From assembly GCA_963804955.1 (NCBI GenBank), contig CAWDSQ010000012.1, positions 1 through 18,738 on the forward strand: 18,738 nucleotides of DNA, written 5' to 3'. The notes below the pieces were generated by a model. That model was not told the DNA's origin, did no database searches, and worked only from the letters and a program-made list of their open reading frames with translations. The DNA is from an uncultured delta proteobacterium (GTDB taxonomy: Bacteria; Desulfobacterota; WTBG01; CAIYCZ01; CAIRTM01). Below, piece after piece: positions 7,500 to 16,830 of the stretch (position 1 is its first letter; each line of letters begins with the position of its first letter). The translations under genes were made by a program, and so were the position numbers.

Positions 7500-8120
7500 A
7501 TGGAAGACGGTAAAAAGGCCCTTATTCTTGAAGCGGCAACAAGAATCTTTGCTGAAAAGGGCTATCAGTACGCCACGATTTCAGATATTGCACAAGCAGC
7601 AGGTATTTCAACCGGCCTCATCTATTCATATTTTAAAAACAAGCTTGATGTGCTGCTGTCAATTATTCTGAACTTTCTGCAGACGCTCAATGCCGGCAAT
7701 CAAGAACAGGTCGCCGCTGCACAGGGCCCGCTTGCCAGCCTTCATGCCGTGCTGCATAATTTCGAAAATATGCTGTTCCGTAATAAAGAGTCTCTGCACA
7801 CGGTGAAGGTCCTCAATGAAGCCCTGCCGCACCTTGTCATGATTAAAGAAGAAAACCTGCAGGAGAAGCGCCGTGAAATAATCGCGGAAAACAAAAAGCT
7901 TTTGGAAACATTTGATACTATTATCTGCCAGGGCCAGAAGGAAAATATTTTTGATGAAACATTAAACCCTGCCGTTATGCGGCAGGTACTGTGCGGCGCC
8001 ATTGAGCGGCTGCATTACGGGCTGTTTTACAGCTCCTACAGCGACCAGAGCATCGGCTACAATGAAACCGATGCGCATCAGTCGATCGTTCGGCTGATTG
8101 AAAAATTTATCTGCAAATAA
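7500..8120 (+). CDS. TetR/AcrR family transcriptional regulator
   Basis: KKALILEAATRIFAEKGYQYATISDIAQAAGISTGLIYSYFKNKLDVL, the TetR helix-turn-helix. Confidence 0.95.
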   Translation: MEDGKKALILEAATRIFAEKGYQYATISDIAQAAGISTGLIYSYFKNKLDVLLSIILNFLQTLNAGNQEQVAAAQGPLASLHAVLHNFENMLFRNKESLHTVKVLNEALPHLVMIKEENLQEKRREIIAENKKLLETFDTIICQGQKENIFDETLNPAVMRQVLCGAIERLHYGLFYSSYSDQSIGYNETDAHQSIVRLIEKFICK

Positions 8121-8152
8121 AAAAAGCGGGACACAGAGCCCCGCTTTTTTTT
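8119..8152 (+). terminator. Rho-independent (bidirectional-type) terminator
   Basis: A7-GCGGG, loop, CCCGC-T8. Confidence 0.8.
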
Positions 8153-8160
8153 ATGACCCA

Positions 8161-8180
8161 TGAAAAAGAATTCAAATTCA
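8161..8180. promoter_or_regulatory. Second copy of the putative TetR operator
   Basis: TGAAAAAGAA|TTCAAATTCA; right half is the exact reverse complement of the left half of the 7448 site. Confidence 0.6.
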
Positions 8181-8237
8181 AAGGCCGGCTTAAGTGAAAC
8201 ATAAATTAAAAAAGTGACCTTAAGAAGGAGGTAGCCC

Positions 8238-9092
8238 ATGAAAACGTCGAAAGAGTCATTGCAGAATAAACTCGCAGATCTTGAAAAGCCCTATGTTGCA
8301 TTTCTTTGCGAGCAGTTTGCCGGGTGGCGAGGCTTTGCTGATGCGACGCAGCGATTGATCGAAGGCAAAGAGGTGAACCAGACAGACTGCCCCGAGTCAT
8401 ACCTGCATGAATTCAGAATGCTTAAGGAAGTTCTTGCCATGGATGCAACAGGCTCCTTTGACTGGAACAATCCCGTGCTGCGGGAAAGTTTTGCCCATTT
8501 TGCCACATCGCCGTTCTATATACTGTGGGGTGAAACAATCGCCCGGATTTCGCTGCGGCTGGCTGAAGAGGCTGGCGTCAAAACACTCGTGGAGATAGGC
8601 GCGGGCCGCGGACACATGACCGGCATCATGATGAAGCAGATTGAAGAAAAAGACTGCAGCCTCCCTCTGGTTGTCACCGATGTGGCGCCGGCTGTGCTGG
8701 AAAACATTGACAAACTCGCCGCAGGCCATCCAGGCATTGCAATGCGCACCATGCCCTGGGATATCACCCAGCCGCCGCCGCAGGCCCTGCTTGAATCAAT
8801 TGAGCGGCCCTGCCTCATCTATGAGCGGGCGTCCATTATGTATTCAAACATTCCGGCACTGGAGAACATGGCCTCCGTTGCCGATATCGTGGTCTTCGGC
8901 GATATGTTCAATTACACGGGTGAGCTGTACGCCTACGACTCTATTTCTGAAAAAATCGGCGGCAAGCCGCTTTTCTACTCTCAAATTCGTCCCCTCATGG
9001 AAAAATATTTTACCGGCCACTTCTTTTTCGATCTGCGCGCGCAGGAAGCGCTGGGCTATCCCAGCACCACGATCCTTATCGGGTGGCGTTAA
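8238..9092 (+). CDS. Class I SAM-dependent methyltransferase-like protein, substrate unknown
   Basis: RBS AAGGAGGT; motif I LVEIGAGRG, acidic motif LVVTD, then WDI; extra N-terminal helical region. Confidence 0.7.
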   Translation: MKTSKESLQNKLADLEKPYVAFLCEQFAGWRGFADATQRLIEGKEVNQTDCPESYLHEFRMLKEVLAMDATGSFDWNNPVLRESFAHFATSPFYILWGETIARISLRLAEEAGVKTLVEIGAGRGHMTGIMMKQIEEKDCSLPLVVTDVAPAVLENIDKLAAGHPGIAMRTMPWDITQPPPQALLESIERPCLIYERASIMYSNIPALENMASVADIVVFGDMFNYTGELYAYDSISEKIGGKPLFYSQIRPLMEKYFTGHFFFDLRAQEALGYPSTTILIGWR

Positions 9093-9129
9093 CGGCAGAA
9101 ACAGAAAGACCATTATTTCAAAGGGGACA

Positions 9130-9255
9130 ATGATGGACACCTTCGAAAAAATATCGATTGAAGAGCTTAAAAAAGTACCGGAAACACTGCTCTATCCGCT
9201 CCAGGCCCGCTCTATTGAAACAAAGAAAAAAATTGCGCACCTGCGCTTTGCATGA
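9130..9255 (+). pseudogene. Truncated N-terminus (41 aa) of an LCM/TcmP-type O-methyltransferase
   Basis: [39 protein letters not shown] matches the V.ETLL.PL.ARA.E start of this family; no continuation visible. Confidence 0.6.
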
Positions 9256-9360
9256 ATTTTTTTCATAGAAAGGTTTGCGGATTTATACTAGTCTACAGGC
9301 GGAACGAAAGTCCTGAACCACGGATTTGTTGGGTTCGCCCTTATGCAGGTGCTTCTTTGC

Positions 9361-9445
9361 AAGCATTTGGTTTTTCGCAGGTTGGGTTGAGGTACGAAAC
9401 CCAACGGTTTTTTCCGGGCTTAACCCAACCTGCAAAAAACTGCTT
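9361..9445. repeat. REP/REPIN-like nested inverted repeat
   Basis: GCAGGTTGGGTT (9377-9388) / AACCCAACCTGC (9422-9433); inner hairpin GTTGGGTT-GAGGTACGA-AACCCAAC; outer arms extend to AAGCA/TGCTT; an extra GTTGGGTT at 9328-9335. Confidence 0.65.
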
Positions 9446-9470
9446 GGTCATGCAGAAATGGAGAGTGCAG

Positions 9471-10536
9471 ATGAGCAGATACTGGAGCAGACTTGCGGCA
9501 ACGATTAAGCCCTATGTGCCGGGCGAGCAGCCGAAAGACAAAAAATATATTAAGCTCAACACCAATGAAAACCCCTACCCGCCTTCGCCGAAGGTGATTG
9601 AGGCTATCCGGGCTGCGGCTGATGACTACTCTGCGGCTCTATCCCGACCCGAGCTGCAGCAGCCTGTGCCGGACGATAGCACGCTATTTTGGCCTGTCCG
9701 AAAATCAGGTGTTTGTGGGCAATGGCTCCGATGAACTGCTGGCCTTTTGCTTCCCGGCATTTTTTAATCCCGAAGGCCCGCCGATCCTTTTTGCCGATAT
9801 TACCTACAGCTTCTATCCCGTGTACTGCAGGTTCTTCGGCATCCCCTTCGAGACCGCGGCCCTTGACGACGAGTTTCGCATGCCGGTGGAAGCGTTTTTT
9901 AAACCCAATGGCGGAATACTTATCGCAAACCCCAATGCCCCCACCGGGCGATTTCTCGATTTGCCGGCAATCGAATCCATTCTGCAGCGCAATCCGGACA
10001 CCGTCGTTATAGTTGATGAAGCATATGTCGATTTCGGCGGTGAGTCGGCGGCTGGTCTTATAAAAGAATATGAGAATCTGCTCGTCGTGCAGACGCTGTC
10101 AAAATCCCGCTCGCTTGCAGGGCTGCGCGTGGGATTTGCACTGGGGCATGAAGACCTGATAGAAGGCCTCTGCCGCGTGAAGGATTCGATAAACTCCTAT
10201 ACTCTCGACAGGCTTGCGCTTGCGGGAGCACAGGCTGCTATTGAAGACGAAGCCTATTTTCGGGAGACGACGGCCGGCATTATCAAAACCCGCGAGGCAA
10301 CGGCCAAAAGGCTGGAGGCTCTGGGATTCAAGGTTATTCCATCGACAGCAAATTTCATTTTCATATCACATCCTGCCAATGCCGCAGAAACGATCTTCAC
10401 AAAATTGCGTGCGCGCGGTGTGCTGGTGCGTTATTTTAAGCTCCCCCGCATCGACAACTGGCTGCGCGTGAGCATCGGCACTGATGCTGAGATGGATGCA
10501 TTGCTGGATGCTGTAGAATCAATTATACGGCGGTAA
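9471..10536 (+). CDS. hisC: Histidinol-phosphate aminotransferase; ~354 aa after correcting one +1 indel at ~9627
   Basis: [64 protein letters not shown] (PLP lysine), LRVSIGT. Confidence 0.95.
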
Positions 10537-10738
10537 GGGCCTGCCTTCGCCCATAAAGAAGTGCAGCCGCAGACACGTGCAGTGCCTCCTGAAGAGTGCC
10601 TTCCCCCTGAAACCATGTATAGTGCGGTCAGACAGGCCGCTTGCCGGATGCCTGCATTCCATGGAAACACTTTGATTCAAGGCCAATCCTGCTGTATACA
10701 GAGAGCATGATCCTTTTTCTTAATTCTGCAGCCGAATG

Positions 10739-10801
10739 GTCATTTCGATCCGCCGCAGGGGATCGAAATCTTTGAAGATACCTCCCCACGGTCGAGATGA
10801 C
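10739..10801. repeat. Short palindromic intergenic element of the GTCAT...ATGAC type
   Basis: Ends GTCATTTCGA / TCGAGATGAC; internal ATTTCGATCC (10742-10751) / GGATCGAAAT (10760-10769). Confidence 0.55.
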
Positions 10802-10929
10802 AGAAAAAGAGAGGTCAACAGTAAAAAGAAAAATGCTCCAAAAAGAAGCTTTTTTTGAAGAGAATAAAATATGAAACTCAGGAACTGTAAGGTCACCAGC
10901 GCTCCGGGCATGCATCCGGCGGGGGATGT

Positions 10930-11991
10930 ATGATACAAAACATGCCTCCCCTTGTACATATCGTTGGCCGGAAAGGTTCGGGAAAAACCCGTCTGCTGAC
11001 AGCACTTATTACGCACCTGACCGCTCGCGGATTTCGTATTGCCGCTGTTCGCCACACGCCCCACAATCACCGCCTTGACAGGCAGGGGGCAGACACAGCT
11101 TTGTTCACCGACGCAGGGGCTGACGGTACAGCCCTTGCCGCAGCGCAGGAAACGGCAGTGTTTCTCCCTGCAGCGACATGGGGTGAAAAAATTGCCGCCA
11201 TTGGCAGTGCCTTTGCCGGGTGCCATCTTGTTCTTATGGAAGGCGGCCTGCAGCATGGCCTTGAAAAGATCGAGGTGGTGCCCGAAGGGGAAGCGCCTCT
11301 GTGCCGCGATGATGCCAGCCTGCGCGCGTATGTGGGCCAGCCCCGGGACATGAGCTGCATACCCTGTTTTGCTGCCGATGACAGTGCCGGCATCTGCGCT
11401 TTTCTTGAAGCCCGCTATCTCAAGCCCCAGCTGTCTGCAGCCATTATGGCAGGAGGCAAGTCAAGCCGTCTGGGGCGCAACAAGGCGCTGCTTTCGCTTG
11501 GCGGCGCCACGGTCATAGAGCATGTGATTGCCACCGTGTCGGCCATTGCCACGCCGGTCACTATCATTACCAACAACCCCGAAGAATACAAGCATCTGGG
11601 CCTTGCAACAGCCGGAGATCTGCGCCCGGGCTGCGGCCCGCTTTCGGGGATTCATGCCGCCCTCAGCCTGAGCGGCACCGAGTATGTGCTGGTGAAATCA
11701 TGCGACATTCCGCTCGTCGGGCCGGAGCACCTTAGCCTGCTGCACCGCAGCTACCCCGGCCATGACATCACCATATTCAAGACTTCCCGCTTTCAGCCGC
11801 TGTGCGCCATCTATCGCCGCACCTGTCTGCCCGCCCTTGAGGAGCTGATCGACCACGGCGAGTACCGCATTATCGACCTGTTTCCAACCCTCGATACCCT
11901 TGTGATACGCTCCGATGACGAGGATGCGTTCAGAAGCATCAATACCGACGAGGATTATGAAGCCATGCTGAAACGCTTCGAAAACAAATAA
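10930..11991 (+). CDS. mobA: Fused MobB (N-terminal) - MobA molybdenum cofactor guanylyltransferase (C-terminal)
   Basis: IVGRKGSGKT P-loop, RH..H...D..G.DT and LVLMEG (MobB); AAIMAGGKSSRLGRNKALL, GPLSGIHAAL, CDIP, QPLCAIY, SINTDED (MobA); single open frame. Confidence 0.92.
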   Translation: MIQNMPPLVHIVGRKGSGKTRLLTALITHLTARGFRIAAVRHTPHNHRLDRQGADTALFTDAGADGTALAAAQETAVFLPAATWGEKIAAIGSAFAGCHLVLMEGGLQHGLEKIEVVPEGEAPLCRDDASLRAYVGQPRDMSCIPCFAADDSAGICAFLEARYLKPQLSAAIMAGGKSSRLGRNKALLSLGGATVIEHVIATVSAIATPVTIITNNPEEYKHLGLATAGDLRPGCGPLSGIHAALSLSGTEYVLVKSCDIPLVGPEHLSLLHRSYPGHDITIFKTSRFQPLCAIYRRTCLPALEELIDHGEYRIIDLFPTLDTLVIRSDDEDAFRSINTDEDYEAMLKRFENK

Positions 11992-12278
11992 AAAGCCATG
12001 TCGGATTGAATCGTGGGCAAGCCATAGACCCCATGGTTCCCTGGGGGAGATGTGGAAAAAAAAGGGAAATATCTTGTGCAAAATGACTGCTTTTTGTATT
12101 GTAGATGACGGCAATATCAAAAAATATTTTGATCGACTTTGTACAAATAAATAATAATTGGTCATGGTAAATAGTATAGATCTGAGAGTCGGCACAGAAA
12201 GCGTACTATCAGAAAAACCGGTCATCCAGTTTCTAACACTATTGAGATGTTCTAAAATAATTATTTTTAAATAAGATT

Positions 12279-12752
12279 ATGATGATTCGCCAAGCTGAAG
12301 AAAAAGATATTTATGCTCTGAGTAAACTCCACAAAAAATTTATCCAAGAGCATGCGCAACTTTATGACAGTGTTTTTTATGCATTATCCAGTGACGCAAC
12401 AGAGCAATGGACGCAATGGGTAAAAAAGATGCTCCAAAACAAATCGATAGGATTTTTTATTGCAGAAGAACAAAATGAAATCGTCGGGTATGTTTCAGGT
12501 TGGATAGAAGAACGCCCGCCGATATACTCTCTTAACAAAACAGGATACCTTTCAAATTTATTCATTATTCCCCAAGAACGGAAAAAAGGGATTGGTTCAA
12601 ATCTTCATAAAGCATTACTTGGGTGGTTTAAAACAAAAAAAATAAAATATATCGAACTTAGTGTAAACGCACAAGCGGCACCTGCATATGCAGCATGGTC
12701 CGCATTCGGATATAAAGAAGTTGCCAAACGAATGAGAAGGATTGTTAAATAA
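12279..12752 (+). CDS. GNAT family N-acetyltransferase
   Basis: IRQAEEKDI, FFIAEEQNEIVGY, GYLSNLFIIPQERKKGIGSNL (acetyl-CoA motif A), IELSV, FGYK. Confidence 0.92.
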   Translation: MMIRQAEEKDIYALSKLHKKFIQEHAQLYDSVFYALSSDATEQWTQWVKKMLQNKSIGFFIAEEQNEIVGYVSGWIEERPPIYSLNKTGYLSNLFIIPQERKKGIGSNLHKALLGWFKTKKIKYIELSVNAQAAPAYAAWSAFGYKEVAKRMRRIVK

Positions 12753-12806
12753 TAGAGATTTATTTTATAGATTTGAAAATGGAAAACCCTGCTTGTTTTA
12801 AAATTG

Positions 12807-12835
12807 TTGTCAAATAAGTACGGTTATATTAACAT
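12807..12835 (+). promoter_or_regulatory. Putative sigma70 promoter of the glycosylation operon
   Basis: TTGTCA, 17 nt, TAACAT, ending 45 nt before ATG 12881. Confidence 0.45.
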
Positions 12836-12880
12836 GCCATTAGTTTAACCTGAACGTAACGCCATTTACTATTGAGCCCC

Positions 12881-13815
12881 ATGAAAACATTTTCCATTGT
12901 TGTTCCGATTTATTTCAATGAGTTAAACATCCCTCATTTGATCCCCCGGCTTAAAGGCCTTGCAGGAAAGGCTTCCGGATTATAATTTTGAATTCATTTT
13001 TGTTGACGATGGTTCGAAGGGATGACTCGTATGCGGTGCTTCTGAACGAGCATAAAAAAGGACAAAAGAATAAAAATAATTAAACTCAGCCGAAATTTCG
13101 GCTCTATGTCCGCCATTCAGGCTGGCCTGCAGTATGTAACCGGTGATTGCGCGGGCATTATCACCGCAGACCTTCAGGATCCGCCGGAGCTGTTTCTGGA
13201 GATGCTGGCAAAGTGGCAACAAGGCAACAAAGTAGTCATGGCCTTTCGAGAAGGACGGGAGGACTCGAAGCTGCAAAGCTTTTTTTCAAATGCCTATTAT
13301 TTTTTATTAGATGCTTTTGCTCTTAAAGGGTATCCGAAGGGCGGCTTTGATCTGGTTCTTATTGACCGGCAAATAGTTGATGAGCTAAACAAAATTTCTG
13401 AAAAAAACACCAATATCATGAATCTCATATTCTGGTTGGGGCATGACCGCAGTTCGATTTCATATATACGGCAAAAAAGAGAATATGGCACATCACGGTG
13501 GACCCTTTCCAAAAAAATAAAGCTCATCGTCGACTCATTCATCAATTTTTCATATATACCTATCAGATTTATCTCTTCGGTCGGATTTATAACCGCACTG
13601 CTTAGCTTCAGCTATGGTGTTCTTGTATTGTTTTTGTGGTTTTTTTCTACGGTAGCTCTGCCGGTGCGGGGATGGGCCTCCATTGTCGCAATCATCACGT
13701 TTCTGCTTGGACTCATCATGATTATGCTTGGAATAATCGGAGAATATTTATGGCGAATCCTTGATGAAACCGGAAACGTCCCAGCTATATTGTTGATAAA
13801 GTTATTGAGGGATAA
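12881..13815 (+). CDS. GT2 polyprenyl-phosphate glycosyltransferase (GtrB/ArnC/DPM1-like); ~310 aa after correcting four indels
   Basis: MKTFSIVVPIYFNELNI, FEFIFVDDGSKDDS, IKLSRNFG, ADLQDPPE, two C-terminal TM helices, GIIGEYLWRILDET-RKRPSYIVDK. Requires removing one base each at ~12959, ~13020, ~13059 and adding one at ~13770. Confidence 0.88.
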
Positions 13816-13927
13816 ACAGTCAAATCCCCATCAGCACAGCACCCGCATGTTACTGCAGGGCGAGGAGAGAACGCCAATCCAGCCGCGCCAGATGATAAAC
13901 GCAACACAAGCAGGGAGCGCCACACAA

Positions 13928-14362
13928 ATGAAAGGACTTGAAAAATTGGAACAGTCCGGCAATAAGCTTGATGAGGTGCGCATTATTTCGCTGCCGTCGG
14001 TTGTAGATGCGCGTGGTGTGCTGACTGCAATAGAAGGCACCCGGGATATACCGTTTGAAATGAAACGGGTTTTTTATATGCACCATATTAAAAGCGACCG
14101 GGGGGGGCATGCCCACCGCGACACGGACCAGATAGTCATAGCCGCTTCCGGTTCATTCACTTTAGAGCTTTTTGACGGCAAAGAGTACAAGAGCTTTGCT
14201 ATGAATGACCCGACCAAAGGGGTCTATATTCCGCGCATGATATTTATCAGGATGTTTGATTTTACTCATGACAGCGTCTGTCTTGTAATTGCAAACAGCT
14301 ATTATGACATAACGCGCTCTTTTCGGACACAAGAAGCGTATCTGGGTTTTTTAAATCAGTAA
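13928..14362 (+). CDS. FdtA/QdtA (WxcM-like) cupin sugar 3,4-ketoisomerase
   Basis: DARGVLTAIE...IPFEMKRVFY...RGGHAHR..QIVIAASGSF...DG...GVYIP...VCLVIANSYYD; start uncertain (ATG 13928 or TTG 13946). Confidence 0.88.
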   Translation: MKGLEKLEQSGNKLDEVRIISLPSVVDARGVLTAIEGTRDIPFEMKRVFYMHHIKSDRGGHAHRDTDQIVIAASGSFTLELFDGKEYKSFAMNDPTKGVYIPRMIFIRMFDFTHDSVCLVIANSYYDITRSFRTQEAYLGFLNQ

Positions 14363-14376
14363 CTCAAAGCATCTAT

Positions 14377-15819
14377 ATGCGGACCACTCATCTACACCAT
14401 AAGTTTATATTGTCGGCATTAACGACAAACGGCGCTTTTTTCACTGAAGACCAATTTTTAGCATGGTTTAATGCCAAGTCTATAAACGGCTCCTATGCCG
14501 TTAAGCAAATCCCTTTTTCAGAGCTTCAGAACTGGCATTTCAACCCCGACACGGGTGATTTAGCCCACGACTCAGGTAAATTTTTTACCGTTCATGGCAT
14601 TTCCATAAAGACCAACTACCCTAAAGACCTGTACTGGGAACAGCCCATAATATATCAGCCGGAAATCGGCATCCTGGGAATACTTACAAAAACATTTGAT
14701 GGCATCCCGCATTTTCTTATGCAGGCGAAAATGGAGCCTGGCAATATCAACATGGTTCAGCTGTCCCCGACGCTTCAGGCAACCAAAAGCAATTATACGC
14801 AGATTCACAAGGGAAAGCTGCCGCTGTATTTTGAATATTTTAAGGACAGAGCCAGGGGGAAGATTATTATTGACCAGCTGCAGTCCGAACAGGGCGCCCG
14901 GTATTTTAACAAGAGAAACCGGAATATGATTGTGGCCATTGAAGATGATATCGAGGTGCATGAGGATTTCTGCTGGCTGACCCTTGGCCAGATAAAAAAA
15001 CTATTGTGCTATGACAATCTTGTCAATATGGATTCGCGGACTGTTCTGGCCGGCATTCAATTTTTTGATTGGGAAAATTTGGGCGCTGTCAGTCATGTGA
15101 TCGATGGCTCTTCAGTTGAGCTGTTTGGTATGAGGCTGGAGGGGTTTAAGTATGATCTGTATATATCCCTGGTGGAGAAGGATAAAACGCTGCACAGCTT
15201 TGATGATCTGATCAGCTGGTTTACCCATTTAAAATCAAGTTGTGACGTGCTGGTTAAAAGAATTCCCCTGAATTCGGTACAGAAATGGAGCAAAGACGCC
15301 TATGAAATACGGCATGATTCGCACCACTATTTTTCGGTGATTGCCGTTGAAGCCCAGGCGCACAACCGGGAGGTTTCCTCCTGGACCCAGCCGCTGCTCA
15401 AACATTTTTCCCATGGCATAGTCGGTTTTTTAGTGGCGAAGATAAACGGCGTACTGCATTTTCTTGTTGAGGCCCGAATGTGCCCCGGATATCTGGATCT
15501 GATAGAAATGGGGCCGACAGTTTCCTGCTCTGAGGTTGAGCACCGGGTGCAAACCAATATGGCGCCGCCTTTTTTTGAATATTTCTACGAAGCGGATGAG
15601 AAAAGAACGCATTTTTCGACGATACTTTCCGAGGAGGGCGGCCGTTTTTACCATTACCAAAACCGGTATATGATTGTTGAAATAGACAACCCGGAGACGC
15701 TGAAGGTCCCTACCAATTATATCTGGATGAGCCTGGGCCATTTAATGAAATTTATTAAGCATACCAATTATATAAATGTCGAGGCGCGAACTTTAATCGC
15801 TTGCCTCAATTTTTTATAG
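14377..15819 (+). CDS. NDP-hexose 2,3-dehydratase (EvaA/OleV/TylX3-like)
   Basis: HDSGKFF.V.G, WEQPIIYQPEIGILGIL, HFLMQAKMEPGN...QLSPTLQATKSNY, LQSEQG..., and the duplicated half WTQPLL...GPTV...LSEEGGRFYH...NVEARTL. Confidence 0.93.
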   Translation: MRTTHLHHKFILSALTTNGAFFTEDQFLAWFNAKSINGSYAVKQIPFSELQNWHFNPDTGDLAHDSGKFFTVHGISIKTNYPKDLYWEQPIIYQPEIGILGILTKTFDGIPHFLMQAKMEPGNINMVQLSPTLQATKSNYTQIHKGKLPLYFEYFKDRARGKIIIDQLQSEQGARYFNKRNRNMIVAIEDDIEVHEDFCWLTLGQIKKLLCYDNLVNMDSRTVLAGIQFFDWENLGAVSHVIDGSSVELFGMRLEGFKYDLYISLVEKDKTLHSFDDLISWFTHLKSSCDVLVKRIPLNSVQKWSKDAYEIRHDSHHYFSVIAVEAQAHNREVSSWTQPLLKHFSHGIVGFLVAKINGVLHFLVEARMCPGYLDLIEMGPTVSCSEVEHRVQTNMAPPFFEYFYEADEKRTHFSTILSEEGGRFYHYQNRYMIVEIDNPETLKVPTNYIWMSLGHLMKFIKHTNYINVEARTLIACLNFL

Positions 15820-15864
15820 GTTTTTTACATGGCACTGCATGATTATGATGTCCGGGAGAGTGGT

Positions 15865-16830
15865 ATGCATGTGCTGTTGTTAGGGTATTCGCGCATTGCC
15901 CGCAAACGCATCATGCCAGCCCTGAGCGCCTTCGGTACGGCTGTTCATCTGGATATTGCGTCAAAAAGCTCAGCAGGTGCCGCCAGGGCTGAACAGTGCC
16001 TGCCGGGAAATATATTTGATTCCTATGGCTCAGCGCTTCATGAAAGCAGGGCTGAGGTGGTCTATATTTCCCTGGTAAACAGCGATCATGCCCATTGGGC
16101 TGAAATGGCGCTTGCAAGCGGCCGTCATGTTGTGGTGGATAAGCCGGCTTTTCTAACATATGTTGATGCCGAACGATTAGTGGCTCTGGCTCAAGACAAA
16201 AAGCGGCTTCTTGCCGAAGCAAATGTATTTCCGTTTCATCCGCAAATTGAATGTGTATGTGAAGAGTTCAAAGCCGTTAAGTCTTCTCCCCTCAAGATAA
16301 CCTCTGTTTTTTCATTTCCTGGCTTTCAAAAAGAGGACTTCCGTTATAAGGCCGATTGTGGCGGCGGCGCTCTCAATGATCTGGGCCCCTACGCTATCAG
16401 CGCCGGCACGGTTTTTTTTAACGAGCACCCGCAGAAGCTTTTTTGCCAGGTGACGGATCGCTCCAGCGCGGGGGTTGATTTGTCATTCAGCATGGCGGCT
16501 CTTTATTCCGGGGGACGTGCTATGGTCGGTCATTTCGGCTTTAACACCGAATACCAGAATACAATTTCCATACTGGGTCCCTCGATGTGTATCAGCTTTG
16601 ATCGTGTGTTCACAATACCCGCTGATTATAGAAACACGCTGAAGGTGCGGGCGTCAGATACCCTTAAAGAGATAACCGTGCCTCAGTCGGACTGTTTTGT
16701 AAATTTTTTTAATAGGATTTTCAGTGCGGTTAAAAACAGTCAGTTTAGAGACTGGTATGAGCACGTGCTCTTGCACGCTAAATCTCTTGAGATGCTTAAG
16801 TCTGCCACGCACAAGGAAGATGCCGTATGA
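15865..16830 (+). CDS. Gfo/Idh/MocA oxidoreductase, putative NDP-hexose ketoreductase (alternative start 15829)
   Basis: LLGYSRIARKRIMPAL, VYISLVNSDH, GRHVVVDKP, FRY....GGGALNDLGPY, DRVFT; GGGAG RBS 6 nt before ATG 15865. Confidence 0.85.
   Translation: MHVLLLGYSRIARKRIMPALSAFGTAVHLDIASKSSAGAARAEQCLPGNIFDSYGSALHESRAEVVYISLVNSDHAHWAEMALASGRHVVVDKPAFLTYVDAERLVALAQDKKRLLAEANVFPFHPQIECVCEEFKAVKSSPLKITSVFSFPGFQKEDFRYKADCGGGALNDLGPYAISAGTVFFNEHPQKLFCQVTDRSSAGVDLSFSMAALYSGGRAMVGHFGFNTEYQNTISILGPSMCISFDRVFTIPADYRNTLKVRASDTLKEITVPQSDCFVNFFNRIFSAVKNSQFRDWYEHVLLHAKSLEMLKSATHKEDAV

Noticed and set aside
10643..10920. Distant 13-bp inverted repeat (12/13 match) as MITE ends
   Set aside because: No target-site duplication and plausible by chance in GC-rich DNA
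10540..10930. Moco/Wco riboswitch or ModE box upstream of mobBA
   Set aside because: No conserved motif elements recognised; an Rfam scan would be needed
12279..12752. GNAT as the aminosugar N-acetyltransferase
   Set aside because: Generic GNAT, separated from the sugar genes by a probable promoter; only adjacency supports it
13106..14362. 418-aa apparent GT2-FdtA fusion in the ORF track
   Set aside because: Adding one C at ~13770 restores the canonical ETRKRPSYIV end and a TAA at 13813-13815; the linker is intergenic sequence
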